Shown piece by piece: positions 18,187-27,069 of a DNA stretch of 64,000 bases (position 1 is its first letter; each line of letters begins with the position of its first letter). Made by a program: the position numbers and the translations under genes. Origin of the DNA: Vicinamibacterales bacterium (GTDB lineage: Bacteria > Acidobacteriota > Vicinamibacteria > Vicinamibacterales > Fen-181); assembly GCA_036504215.1 (NCBI GenBank), contig DASXVO010000076.1, positions 35,079 through 99,078 on the forward strand. Reading direction: 5' to 3'. The notes beneath the pieces were generated by a model that saw only the letters and a program-made list of their open reading frames with translations, searched no databases and was not told the DNA's origin.

Positions 18187-19683
18187 TCAGGACGGCCCAA
18201 GCTGCCCGGTCTGCCACGGCTGTTCGAGCGGTCGCCCGTCGGGCCCGAGCTCGGGGAACTCCACGGACTGGGCGGGCGGCTTGACGTCGGCGGCTGGCGT
18301 CGGAGCTTCGGGCCGACCTGTGTCGGTTGGTGAAGCGGCGGTTTCGGGTGAAGCGGCGGTTTCGCCCTCGGTCGTGCCTTCCGGTGCGGCTTCGTCGGCT
18401 GTCGCCGCCGGGGTGCCGAGCACCAGCGATCGCGAGCACTGCGGGCAGATCTCCGCGTTGGCCGGGACGGCGGCGGCACAGTAGGGACACGCTTCCTCGG
18501 CCGGCGGTGGGGTGTCGGGTACGCCTTCCGGGAACTCCTCTGCCAGAATCTGTGCCCACTGCTCTTCCTCGGCCTGGGCCAACTCCTCCTTCACCTGCGG
18601 CAACCGCGTCGGCAACAGGCGCTTGATTTCGGTTTCGCGTCCGTAGACGAAGCCGGCACCACCGCAGCCGACGGCCAGGATCAGACCGATGAAGAGCACA
18701 ATCGCGTTGCCGCCGGTGACGAGCGCGAGGACGACGGCCGCCACCACACCGCCGATCAGGAACCGGACCGCTTGGGAAATCGCCGGGCCGCCCGCCTTGG
18801 CGGAGAGATCGCTGGTCGCTTTCTCCCTCGCTGCAGCCTCGATCAATCGGGCGACATCCGGTACCCAGCGTTCGTAGCGTCCGCGAATGGCGGTGCGAAC
18901 CTGCGCAATCGTGGACCCGCGGCAGATACCGGCGTTTGCGAGTTCCTTGTACTCCGCGAGCACCTGCAGCCGCCGGTTTGCCGGGACCCTTTCGAGATAG
19001 GCCTGCAGATCGGGGTCGGTGTGGCTGAACGGACGGGCGGTGACCTGCATGCTGTAGGCGCAGGTGATGAGCGATCGCTCCGACGCCGGGAGCTCGTCGA
19101 GCACGAGGAGCGCATCGGCTGTCGATCCCCGGGCGACCATTGCCCGCACCATGGGCAGGGCGTCGCGCGCCGACCACTTCTTGGCGGCGACAAACGCGCG
19201 CGCCACATGGTTCACTATCGTCTCGTCGCGGGCGTACTTCAGAACCTCGTGGTACCAGTGCGGCGTCGTTCCGTATTCCGGCGTCCGGAGGAGCTTGATC
19301 GCGTCGTCGAGGAGTTCGCGCTCATGGGTCGTGTCGCGGAGAATTCGGCAGGCGCGCGCGCCCACGAGGTGTGCGTGCAGGTTGCGCGGGTCCATCTCGA
19401 TCGCCGACTCGCACAGGTCGAGCGACTCCCGTGCGGAACCCGACAAGAGCATCGCCTCCGCCTGGTCGCTCTTGGTCTTCGATTCGGCGCGGGAGGGTAC
19501 ATGGTAATTCCCGCCTGCACCGGCCGCGTCTCCTGGTTGCGAACCGGGTCGCAACTGGGAGGCCCCCGGACGCTGCGCCTTGCCCGAGGCCCGCTCTTCC
19601 TCCTCCTGCACACAGAAGGGGCACTGCCACCCTTCGTACATCTTTGCGTGCCGGAAGCAGTAGTCGCGGTTCTTCTTCTCCAT
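18187..19683 (-). CDS. Hypothetical membrane protein with N- and C-terminal zinc-ribbon motifs
   Basis: N-terminus 'CFRHAKMYEGWQCPFC'. Central helical-repeat region, then a hydrophobic pair of helices (FLIGGVVAAVVLALV...IVLFIGLILAVGCGGAGFVYG). After that 'CPYCAAAVPANAEICPQCSRS' and a Pro/Ala/Thr/Glu-rich tail. No family recognised. Confidence 0.6.
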   Translation of the reverse strand: MEKKNRDYCFRHAKMYEGWQCPFCVQEEEERASGKAQRPGASQLRPGSQPGDAAGAGGNYHVPSRAESKTKSDQAEAMLLSGSARESLDLCESAIEMDPRNLHAHLVGARACRILRDTTHERELLDDAIKLLRTPEYGTTPHWYHEVLKYARDETIVNHVARAFVAAKKWSARDALPMVRAMVARGSTADALLVLDELPASERSLITCAYSMQVTARPFSHTDPDLQAYLERVPANRRLQVLAEYKELANAGICRGSTIAQVRTAIRGRYERWVPDVARLIEAAAREKATSDLSAKAGGPAISQAVRFLIGGVVAAVVLALVTGGNAIVLFIGLILAVGCGGAGFVYGRETEIKRLLPTRLPQVKEELAQAEEEQWAQILAEEFPEGVPDTPPPAEEACPYCAAAVPANAEICPQCSRSLVLGTPAATADEAAPEGTTEGETAASPETAASPTDTGRPEAPTPAADVKPPAQSVEFPELGPDGRPLEQPWQTGQLGPS

Positions 19684-19834
19684 GGTCCTTCACCGGTGGC
19701 CGGCGTGCGTCGACGATCGGTACGGCTTGCGACACGTATTCACCGCCCCTTCGCCTGGGACTCAATAGAGTTATCGGTTGTTGCCGGCAAATGATGAATC
19801 GGCGGTGCAGGAACGATAACTGGACTGGGTCGGT

Positions 19835-20611
19835 CTAGAACCAGCCACCCCGCTCACCGCGCGCGTGCAGCGCCAGCTCGAACCGCCGCAGGGCCTGACG
19901 GTAGTTGTCCGCCGCCCGCCGTTCGGCCGCGTCGGGATCGCCGCTCGCCAGGGCCTCGATGATGGCGTCGTGCTCCGCCACCGATTCCCGCAGATTATGG
20001 GCTTGAAGAAGCGCCTCGGTGTAGACGCGGGTGTACCGTGTGCGCCGTGCGCCGAGCCAGTCGAGCTCGACCACGAGCTGCGGGGCCCCGGCGACCGCCT
20101 CGTAGGCGCGGTGGAAGCGTCCGTCGAGATCCTCGGCCTGCCGGACATCCGCGGCGTCGCGCTGTCCGAACTGGCGCAGGCCGTCGTTGATGGCCCGCAT
20201 CTGCTCGACCAGCCGCCGGCGCGCGCCCTCGTCGAGCTGCGCGGCCAGGCGGGCGGCCACGCCGTTGAGCGCGCCCACCATGAGGAAGAGCTGCTTCATG
20301 TCGGAGGCCGTCAACGGCGCGACAATCAGCCGCAGCTTCGTGCCGAACTGCGACGGACAGAGGAGCCCCTCGCGCTCCAGGCGCGACAGCGCGGCCCGCG
20401 CGGGGGTCCGGCTGCCGCCAAACCGCCGACACACGTCTCCCTCGGAGATGGGGGCTCCGGGCGGAATCCGGAGGCTGGTGATGGCCTCCCGTAAGTCGTG
20501 GTACAGGCGCGATTCGATGGTGGGCGCGGGCGTGTCGGGTTCGGTATCGACCACGGGCGGCCTGGCATCGACGTGGGGGCTGCGGGTGGAGGGAGGACGG
20601 GTGCTCTGCAT
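19835..20611 (-). CDS. GntR family transcriptional regulator (FadR/FCD subfamily)
   Basis: wHTH 'LYHDLREAITSLRIPPGAPISEGDVCRRFGGSRTPARAALSRLEREGLL' followed by a helical FCD-like C-terminal domain. Confidence 0.8.
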   Translation of the reverse strand: MQSTRPPSTRSPHVDARPPVVDTEPDTPAPTIESRLYHDLREAITSLRIPPGAPISEGDVCRRFGGSRTPARAALSRLEREGLLCPSQFGTKLRLIVAPLTASDMKQLFLMVGALNGVAARLAAQLDEGARRRLVEQMRAINDGLRQFGQRDAADVRQAEDLDGRFHRAYEAVAGAPQLVVELDWLGARRTRYTRVYTEALLQAHNLRESVAEHDAIIEALASGDPDAAERRAADNYRQALRRFELALHARGERGGWF

Positions 20612-20774
20612 TGCGACCGTAGTCTACACCGACCGTTCGTCTATGACGAAGGTCCGGCCCACGATCGCCACGACTCGGCGGCATGGTTCCAGCCCACCGT
20701 CTGCCAGGCGGCCTGTCGTCTGGTATACTCCGCGCGCCCCCGCCGGCCATCCGTCCTTCACTTGAAAGGGCTCC

Positions 20775-22394
20775 ATGCGTTTCCATATCCGCACAATCGT
20801 CTGCTTGGTGGTTGCGGCGTTGCTCGTCGCGGCCGTGCCTGCATCCGCGCAGCTCAAAGGCGTGCAGACCATCCGCGCCGAAGACATGAAGTTCCACATG
20901 CAATTCCTCGGAGCGACCGAGTTCAAAGGGCGAAACACGCCGTCGGTGGAACTCGAGATCGCCGCGCGCTACATCGCGCTCACTGCCCAGCGGATCGGCC
21001 TCAAGCCGTTGTTGCCGAACGGATCGTATTTCCAGGATCTTCCGCTCGACATCACCCGCCTGTCTGAAGCGACATCCCAGATTCGCCTGACCAGCGCAGC
21101 CAGCACCGTGACCTATCACGCACCGGCGGCCTTCGCCGTGCGCGGGCGCTGGGTCGCTCCGGCAGCCGCGTCCGGCGGCCTCGTCTTCCTCGGCCTCGGG
21201 GCGAACGCGCCGACCCTCGGCTGGGACGACTTCGCTGGCGTGGATCTGAAGGGCAAGGTGGCGATCGTGCTCGACGCGACGCTGCCGGCCACGCATCCGT
21301 TGCGACAGGCCGAGAACCGCGCCATCCTCACGCGTCGCGCCACAGTTGCGCGCGAGAAGGGAGCGGTCGCCGTCTTGACGGTCGTCACGCGCGAACGCGA
21401 GTCCACGCTGACCAACCGCGACCTGTCGTTCGACAACGTCGAGCGCGGTCGGCCGATCAACACCGAGATCAGCCTCGGGTCTGCGGCACAGCCAGCGGTG
21501 TTCCAGGTGGATCTGCGTCACGACGCGGCGGCTGGTCTGCTCGGCATCACCCGCGCCGAACTCGACCTGATGTTCGACCGCCTCGGCCGCGGCGAACGCG
21601 TCGCGCCGAAGGAACTGCCGGGCCGCAGCGTCGATGTGGCGGTCAACTTCGAGTCGCGCAAGGGCGCAACGCGGAACGTGGTCGCCGTGGTGGAAGGCTC
21701 CGACCCGACGCTCAAGCGCGAGTACGTGCTGCTCGGCGCGCACCACGACGGCATCGGCTACCGCGAGGGCGACGTGTTTCCAGGCGCCGACGACAACATC
21801 TCGGCGGTCGCCGCCCTGTTCTCACTCGGCAAGGCGCTGCTCGTCGAGCGGCCGAAGCGGTCGGTGATTCTCGTCTGGTACACGGGTGAGGAGAAGGGTC
21901 TGTACGGCGCCCACTACTTCGCCGCCAACAGCCCGGTGCCGATCGAGAAGATCAGCGCGGTCCTCAACCTGGACATGCTGTCGCGCAACGATCCCAACAG
22001 CATCTACCTCATTGGCTCGAACACGATCAGCAAGGCCCTGGATCGCACGCTCAACGATGTGAACGCGAAGGTCACGAAGATGACGCTCGACTACAAGTAC
22101 CAGGAGCCGTCGCACCCCGACCGGTTCTTCTTCCGGAGCGACCACTATCCCTATCTGCGCTACGGTGTGCCGGCGGTCTGGCTCTTCTGCGGGACGACGG
22201 GCGACTACCATCAGCCGACCGACGTCGAAGAGCGTACGGACTACGTGAAGATGGAGAAGGTCACGAAGCTGGTGTACCACGTGGCGATGGAAATCGGGAA
22301 CCGGCCGACACTGCTCGAACTCGACGTGGATCCCCGCATCACGTCGCGAGGCAGGCAGAACCTCCAGATCGACTGGGAGCGGGCGGGGAAGTAG
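20775..22394 (+). CDS. M28 family metallopeptidase (aminopeptidase) with PA domain
   Basis: Signal peptide (…AAVPASAQ). 'NVVAVVEGSDP...YVLLGAHHDGIGY', 'GADDNISAVAALFSLGKAL', 'WYTGEEKGLYGA' and 'SDHYPY' are M28 zinc-ligand contexts. Confidence 0.85.
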   Translation: MRFHIRTIVCLVVAALLVAAVPASAQLKGVQTIRAEDMKFHMQFLGATEFKGRNTPSVELEIAARYIALTAQRIGLKPLLPNGSYFQDLPLDITRLSEATSQIRLTSAASTVTYHAPAAFAVRGRWVAPAAASGGLVFLGLGANAPTLGWDDFAGVDLKGKVAIVLDATLPATHPLRQAENRAILTRRATVAREKGAVAVLTVVTRERESTLTNRDLSFDNVERGRPINTEISLGSAAQPAVFQVDLRHDAAAGLLGITRAELDLMFDRLGRGERVAPKELPGRSVDVAVNFESRKGATRNVVAVVEGSDPTLKREYVLLGAHHDGIGYREGDVFPGADDNISAVAALFSLGKALLVERPKRSVILVWYTGEEKGLYGAHYFAANSPVPIEKISAVLNLDMLSRNDPNSIYLIGSNTISKALDRTLNDVNAKVTKMTLDYKYQEPSHPDRFFFRSDHYPYLRYGVPAVWLFCGTTGDYHQPTDVEERTDYVKMEKVTKLVYHVAMEIGNRPTLLELDVDPRITSRGRQNLQIDWERAGK

Positions 22395-22409
22395 GTGGAG
22401 CGCCCACCC

Positions 22410-23129
22410 CTAGAACCTCGGGCCGAACCGCACGCCGACGCTGCCGGTCGCGCCGCGAAGACGACTGTCGTAGCCGTGGGCTGCGCCAACCATGCGATAG
22501 CCACCCGCCAGATCCAGCCAAATCCCGCGGTGCAGCCGAACCAGCAGGGTAGCCTGCGGTTCGGCGACGAAGAAGCCCTGGTGGAAGGCGTACTCCTGCC
22601 GGACGGTCGTGTAGGTGACGTTGGTCTGAGTCAACGGCCGCGGCGGCAGAAAGACCGGGACCTGAAACGTGACCGTTTTGGTCAACGTGGCTCGCCCGCC
22701 GCCGACGAGCGCCCGAGCGCCCACCCGAACCGCGCTGCCGACGGGAGCCGTCCAAGCGGCGACGAAACCGCCGTAGGCCAGTCCCGGATCGTTCCAGCCC
22801 CAACCCGAGCGATCCCAATCGCGGCCATCCCGGTCGTGGTGCCTCGTATCGGCTTCGAAGTAGCCGCCGCCTCCCAGAAGCAGCCCGTTGTTCATCAGCC
22901 AGCCGCCGAACGCACCAATCAGCACGCCGTCCCTGCCGTCGATTCGCGTGACCTCGACGTCGGGCGTGACGACGAACCCCTCGTTGATCGGCTCCAGGAC
23001 CAGCGTCCCCTGGGACTTTGCCGCCTGCTTCGTCCCGGCCACCGGCTGCTGCGCCGTCGCCGCCGTCGCCAGCGCCGCCACCAGGCCGATCGAGAATCCA
23101 ACGGTCCTTGCCCTCGCCAGTCTGCTCAT
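22410..23129 (-). CDS. Putative outer-membrane beta-barrel protein
   Basis: Signal peptide (…ALATAATAQQ), Gly/aromatic alternating strands and a C-terminal '...VGVRFGPRF' ending in Phe. Confidence 0.55.
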   Translation of the reverse strand: MSRLARARTVGFSIGLVAALATAATAQQPVAGTKQAAKSQGTLVLEPINEGFVVTPDVEVTRIDGRDGVLIGAFGGWLMNNGLLLGGGGYFEADTRHHDRDGRDWDRSGWGWNDPGLAYGGFVAAWTAPVGSAVRVGARALVGGGRATLTKTVTFQVPVFLPPRPLTQTNVTYTTVRQEYAFHQGFFVAEPQATLLVRLHRGIWLDLAGGYRMVGAAHGYDSRLRGATGSVGVRFGPRF

Positions 23130-23282
23130 GTCGTATCCCTCGCCTCGGAACGTCTCCGCACGATACGGAACGGAGCGCCGTCGCCTCCGTTCGCCGCTCG
23201 AACGCCGGTGGAGACAGGGCAGAAGCGCAGGGACGCTCAGGCCGTCTCTGCGCTCCTGTCGTAGTCGGTGTTGAAGGTCGGC

Positions 23283-24155
23283 CTACGCCCCGTGCGGGGA
23301 GAGGCTCACGTTCAGTGGCGCGGTCTCGCCACTGCGCACCGTGATCTCCGTGGTGAACGGGGTGAACCCGTCCTTGCGGATCTCAACCTTGTGCGGGCCT
23401 TCGGAGACCTGAATGACCAGCCGTTCCGCACCGTCCGGACCCTGCCAGCGGTTGCCGTCCACATAGACCTCGGCGGCAGCCGGCTGCACGCGGATCAAGA
23501 GGGTTCCGAAGCCGCGGGCCTCTGCCGCACCAGCCTCCCCGGGTTCCCTGATCTCCCGGGGTTGACGGGGCCTCAGCCCACGCCGCGGCGTCGGCGCACT
23601 CGGCGCGTCGGTGTCCGGCTGCTCCGAAGCCACCTTGGCCGGTGGTTGGGGTGGCGGTTCATTGGCGTCGCCCGCGGCCAGCGGCTCGAGTGTGTACCGT
23701 ATCCTCGAGTCGTCTCCCGCCCGCAGACGGACGGTCTGCCGCACGGTGTGGTAGCCCTTCAGATAGAACACCAGTTCGTGTTCACCGGGCCGCACGCGCA
23801 GGCGCTTGAATACTCCGTCGAAATCGTCCACCGTGCCCGTGAAGTAGCCGTCCACGTAAACCTGGGCTTCGCTCGGCTTGACCTGCAAACGAAGCCGCGC
23901 GGTGTCCTCGTACCCGTCGTCGTAGTAGCCGACGCCCGGATAGCGATTCCAGTAGTACGGGCCGTAGAAGTACGGATCCCAATACGGGTTCCAGTAGGAG
24001 CCCCAGCCCCAGTAGCCCCCGATCACCACGCGGGCCCCGCCGCCACCGTGTCCGTGGCCGCCGCCGTGCCGTTGAGCTTCGGCCGTGGCTGGCAGGAACG
24101 CGAGCACCGCAAGGACGAGGGGCGCGAGAAGGGCAATTTGAATGTTCCGTCGCAT
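23283..24155 (-). CDS. PEGA domain-containing secreted protein
   Basis: Start chosen at ATG 24155 with a GGGAGGA Shine-Dalgarno sequence. Signal peptide 'MRRNIQIALLAPLVLAVLAFLPATAEA'. Two PEGA-like modules ('VYVDGYFTGTV...GEHELVFYLKGYHTVRQTVRL' and 'VYVDGNRWQGP...GPHKVEIRKDGFTPFTTEITV'). Confidence 0.75.
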   Translation of the reverse strand: MRRNIQIALLAPLVLAVLAFLPATAEAQRHGGGHGHGGGGARVVIGGYWGWGSYWNPYWDPYFYGPYYWNRYPGVGYYDDGYEDTARLRLQVKPSEAQVYVDGYFTGTVDDFDGVFKRLRVRPGEHELVFYLKGYHTVRQTVRLRAGDDSRIRYTLEPLAAGDANEPPPQPPAKVASEQPDTDAPSAPTPRRGLRPRQPREIREPGEAGAAEARGFGTLLIRVQPAAAEVYVDGNRWQGPDGAERLVIQVSEGPHKVEIRKDGFTPFTTEITVRSGETAPLNVSLSPHGA

Positions 24156-24303
24156 CGGAAGTTCCTCCCGGCCTAGGTGGAGCAACTCTCGCGCCAGCGC
24201 GAAGGACGCAGAAATGGACCCAAAAAGGCCGGCAAAGCCCCACCTCCGCCCGCGAGTGCCATCTGGACAGCCCACCGGCGTCTGCTACAGGGGGCACAAG
24301 GGA

Positions 24304-24366
24304 AAGGATGAAGGATGAAGGATGAAGGAGCAAGGATGAAGGATGAAGGCGGAGGGAGGAAGGCGG
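24304..24366. repeat. 7-bp tandem array (AAGGATG)n, nine units of which five are perfect
   Basis: Read directly: AAGGATG AAGGATG AAGGATG AAGGAGC AAGGATG AAGGATG AAGGCGG AGGGAGG AAGGCGG. Lies between the modC stop (24372) and the PEGA gene start (24155). Confidence 0.9.
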
Positions 24367-24371
24367 ACGGG

Positions 24372-25499
24372 TCATTCCGGCAGCAGGTGGATCGAACTGC
24401 GATGGATGGAGAACTCCCAGTGTCGATCCCGCTCGATGCCGAGCAGTTGGAAGACGAACCGCGGCACCTCGATCTCCAGGTCGTACCCTCCCTGGGCGGG
24501 TTCGCCTGGCTCGTCCAGCCGAATCAACAGCCTCCGGGTCGCGCCGAAGTCCTCGTCATCGACGACCACACCCGACAAAACGTTGTGGTGATGCTCGGTG
24601 GAAGGCGGGGGGCCATCTTTCCTGAGCAATCGCGGGTCTTCGGGCCGGATGAAGAAGGTCACCGGCGTGCCGGCGGCCGGAATCGACGATGCTTCGTCCG
24701 AGCGTTGGAGTTCGAGCGTTCGGCCACGCCACTGCACGTGGATGCGCTGCGGCGTGACATCGACGACGACGCCGCGGAGGATGTTGCGGAAGCCGAGGAT
24801 CCGCGCGACCGGCTCGGACGCCGGCCGCCAGAGGAGGTCGCCGCGCGGTGCCGCCTGCAGCACGCGGCCCCGCTCGTACACGATGATCTGGTCCGCGAGT
24901 TGATACGCTTCGGACAACTCGTGCGTCACGATGACACACGGAACGTTCCATCCCTCGAGCAGCGTTCGCAGGTCGTCGCGCAGCGCACGTCGCAGGGGAA
25001 GGTCGAGCGCGGACAACGGTTCGTCCAGGAGGAGAAGCGCCGGTTCGGTGGCCAGGGCCCGCCCCAACGCCACGCGCTGCCGCTGGCCGCCCGACAGTTC
25101 GTGCGGCAGGCGCCGCTCGAGACCCTGGAGTTCGAGGCGTTCGACGACCTCACCCGTCCGCCGCACGCGCTCGGTGCGCGACCGCTCCCGGAGGCCAAAG
25201 GCCACGTTGTCCTCGACCGTGAGGTGCGGGAAGAGCGCATACCCCTGGAAGACGTAGCCAACGCGCCGCGCCCGGGGCGGGACGTGGAGGCCGGCCGCCG
25301 CGTCGAACAGCACACGGCCGTCGAGCACGATTCGACCGGCGTCGGGGTGGACGAGTCCGGCAAGACATTGCAACGTCAGTGTCTTGCCGGAACCCGATGG
25401 TCCGAACAGGACGTTGACGCCGTCGCCGCCGCTCCAGGCGACGTCGATCGAGAAGCTCCCGATGCGCGTCCGAATTGCGACGTCGAGCCGGACGGTCAC
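24372..25499 (-). CDS. modC: Molybdate ABC transporter ATP-binding protein
   Basis: GTG at 25499 overlaps the modB stop (GTGA). Walker A 'GPSGSGKT', signature 'LSGGQRQRVALGRAL', Walker B 'LLLDEPLSALD'. C-terminal TOBE/Mop-like domain. The upstream part of the listed 513-aa ORF is out-of-gene. Confidence 0.85.
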   Translation of the reverse strand: MTVRLDVAIRTRIGSFSIDVAWSGGDGVNVLFGPSGSGKTLTLQCLAGLVHPDAGRIVLDGRVLFDAAAGLHVPPRARRVGYVFQGYALFPHLTVEDNVAFGLRERSRTERVRRTGEVVERLELQGLERRLPHELSGGQRQRVALGRALATEPALLLLDEPLSALDLPLRRALRDDLRTLLEGWNVPCVIVTHELSEAYQLADQIIVYERGRVLQAAPRGDLLWRPASEPVARILGFRNILRGVVVDVTPQRIHVQWRGRTLELQRSDEASSIPAAGTPVTFFIRPEDPRLLRKDGPPPSTEHHHNVLSGVVVDDEDFGATRRLLIRLDEPGEPAQGGYDLEIEVPRFVFQLLGIERDRHWEFSIHRSSIHLLPE

Positions 25500-26161
25500 G
25501 ATGTGCGACTCCCGAGTCGTCCGGCGAGATAGATGACCAGGCAGGACACGGTCGTCAGCGCGGAGACGAGGATCAGCACCTCGGACGTCTCGCCCGTCTG
25601 GACCGCGGTGTAGATCGCAAGCGGCACCGTGGTGGTGCGGCCCGGGATGTTCCCGGCGAGCATCAGCGTCGCGCCGAACTCGCCGAGCGACCTGGCGAAG
25701 GCCAGCACCAGGCCGGCGAGGATGCCGTTGCGCGCGAGCGGCAGCGTCACCTCGATCGCCGTCTGCCATTCGGAGCGTCCCAGCGTCATGGCCGCTCGCT
25801 CGAGATCTCGGTCCACCGATTCGATGGCCGCGCGCGCGGTCCGCACGAGCAGCGGCAGCGCCATGATCGCCGACGCGATGACCGCGGCCTGCCAGGTGAA
25901 CGCGACGGTCCAACCGGTGAGCGCGTACAACGGTCCGCCGAGGAGGCCGCGGCGGCCGAGTACCACGATCAGGTAGTAGCCGGTCACGGTGGGCGGCAGG
26001 ATCAGTGGCAGCGTCACCGCCAGGTCAACCAGCCATCGTCCGCGAAACGGCTTGCGCGCGAGCAGGTAGGCGAGCGGCACGCCGACCAGCGCGTTGACGA
26101 CGGTCGCGACGCCGGCAACCTTGAGCGACAGCCACAGGGCCGCCACCGATTCCGCGCTCAT
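25496..26161 (-). CDS. modB: Molybdate ABC transporter permease
   Basis: 'LSLKVAGVATVVNALVGVPLAYLLAR' and the EAA loop 'DRDLERAAMTLG' are typical of ModB. Start overlaps the modA stop. Confidence 0.9.
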   Translation of the reverse strand: MSAESVAALWLSLKVAGVATVVNALVGVPLAYLLARKPFRGRWLVDLAVTLPLILPPTVTGYYLIVVLGRRGLLGGPLYALTGWTVAFTWQAAVIASAIMALPLLVRTARAAIESVDRDLERAAMTLGRSEWQTAIEVTLPLARNGILAGLVLAFARSLGEFGATLMLAGNIPGRTTTVPLAIYTAVQTGETSEVLILVSALTTVSCLVIYLAGRLGSRTS

Positions 26162-26952
26162 CGGACGATGCTCGCGGCTGGCTCGAAGCCGAAACGCGCC
26201 AGGACGGCCTGCCCCTCGCGCCCGGCCAGCATCTCGACGAAGGCGGTCGCTTCAGCCAGGTGTGGGGACCCGCCAACGACCGCCGCGGGATAGGTGATGG
26301 GCGCGTAGGTTGCCTGCGGCGGACGGAATGCCGCCTTGGCCACGCCGCCTCGGACCGCCACGTCGGTCGCGTAGACGAAGCCGGCGTCCACTTCTCCACG
26401 CGCCAGGTAGTCCAGGACCTGCCGGACGTTGCCACCGAACACCAGCCGGGATTGCAGGCGGTCCCACTCGCCGGTCGCGCGGAGGCACTGCTCGGCGTAC
26501 GCGCCCGCCGGCACCGTCTTGGGACTGCCGATCGCAATCCGCCGAACCTGCGGCTTCTGGAGATCGGAGACCGACGCCAGCCGGATCGGCGAATCGGAGG
26601 GAACGGCGACCACGAGGACGTTGCGGGCAATCGTGCGCCGCGTGGCTGCGACGATCAGGCGCTTGGCGTGCAGGGCATCCATGTTCGTCTCGGACGCGGA
26701 CACGAACAGATCGATCGGCGCACCCGCCTCGATTTGCTGCTGCAGTTCGCCCGACGCGCCGAAGTTGTACTGCACCCTGACGCCGGGCCGGCCGGCCTCG
26801 AACCGGCGCCCGACCTCCTCGATGGCCTCCTTCAGGCTCACGGCGGCCGAGACAGTCAGCGTGACGTCCGCCGCCCGGGGGTGGGCGAAGCCGCAGACGG
26901 CAAGGGCGCCCGCAAGGGCGACGCGACGGAGAGGGTGGTGATGAGCCGGCAT
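26158..26952 (-). CDS. modA: Molybdate ABC transporter substrate-binding protein
   Basis: 'LTVSAAVSLKEAIEEVGRRFE...VQYNFGASGELQQQIEAGAPIDLFVSA' is the ModA pattern. Signal peptide present. Confidence 0.9.
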   Translation of the reverse strand: MPAHHHPLRRVALAGALAVCGFAHPRAADVTLTVSAAVSLKEAIEEVGRRFEAGRPGVRVQYNFGASGELQQQIEAGAPIDLFVSASETNMDALHAKRLIVAATRRTIARNVLVVAVPSDSPIRLASVSDLQKPQVRRIAIGSPKTVPAGAYAEQCLRATGEWDRLQSRLVFGGNVRQVLDYLARGEVDAGFVYATDVAVRGGVAKAAFRPPQATYAPITYPAAVVGGSPHLAEATAFVEMLAGREGQAVLARFGFEPAASIVR

Positions 26953-27069
26953 GCGCTACCACAGTCTACCTTCATCGGGCGGGGAAGATCCCGCACGGGC
27001 TCGGCGGCGAGGCGGTCGTGCGGCGACGCGTCTCGACCCGGTCTGAGGTAACATCTCTGCTCGATCCGG

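Noticed and set aside
19995-21746. 583-aa minus-strand ORF spanning the GntR/M28 region
   Set aside because: It overlaps the GntR gene out of frame and the M28 peptidase gene antisense, with no motifs. Both overlapped genes have strong family signatures.
24315-25532. 405-aa plus-strand ORF starting 'MKDEGARMKDEGGG' inside the heptamer repeat
   Set aside because: The start codons are an artefact of the AAGGATG repeat, and the remainder is antisense to modC, which has Walker A/B, the ABC signature and a TOBE domain.
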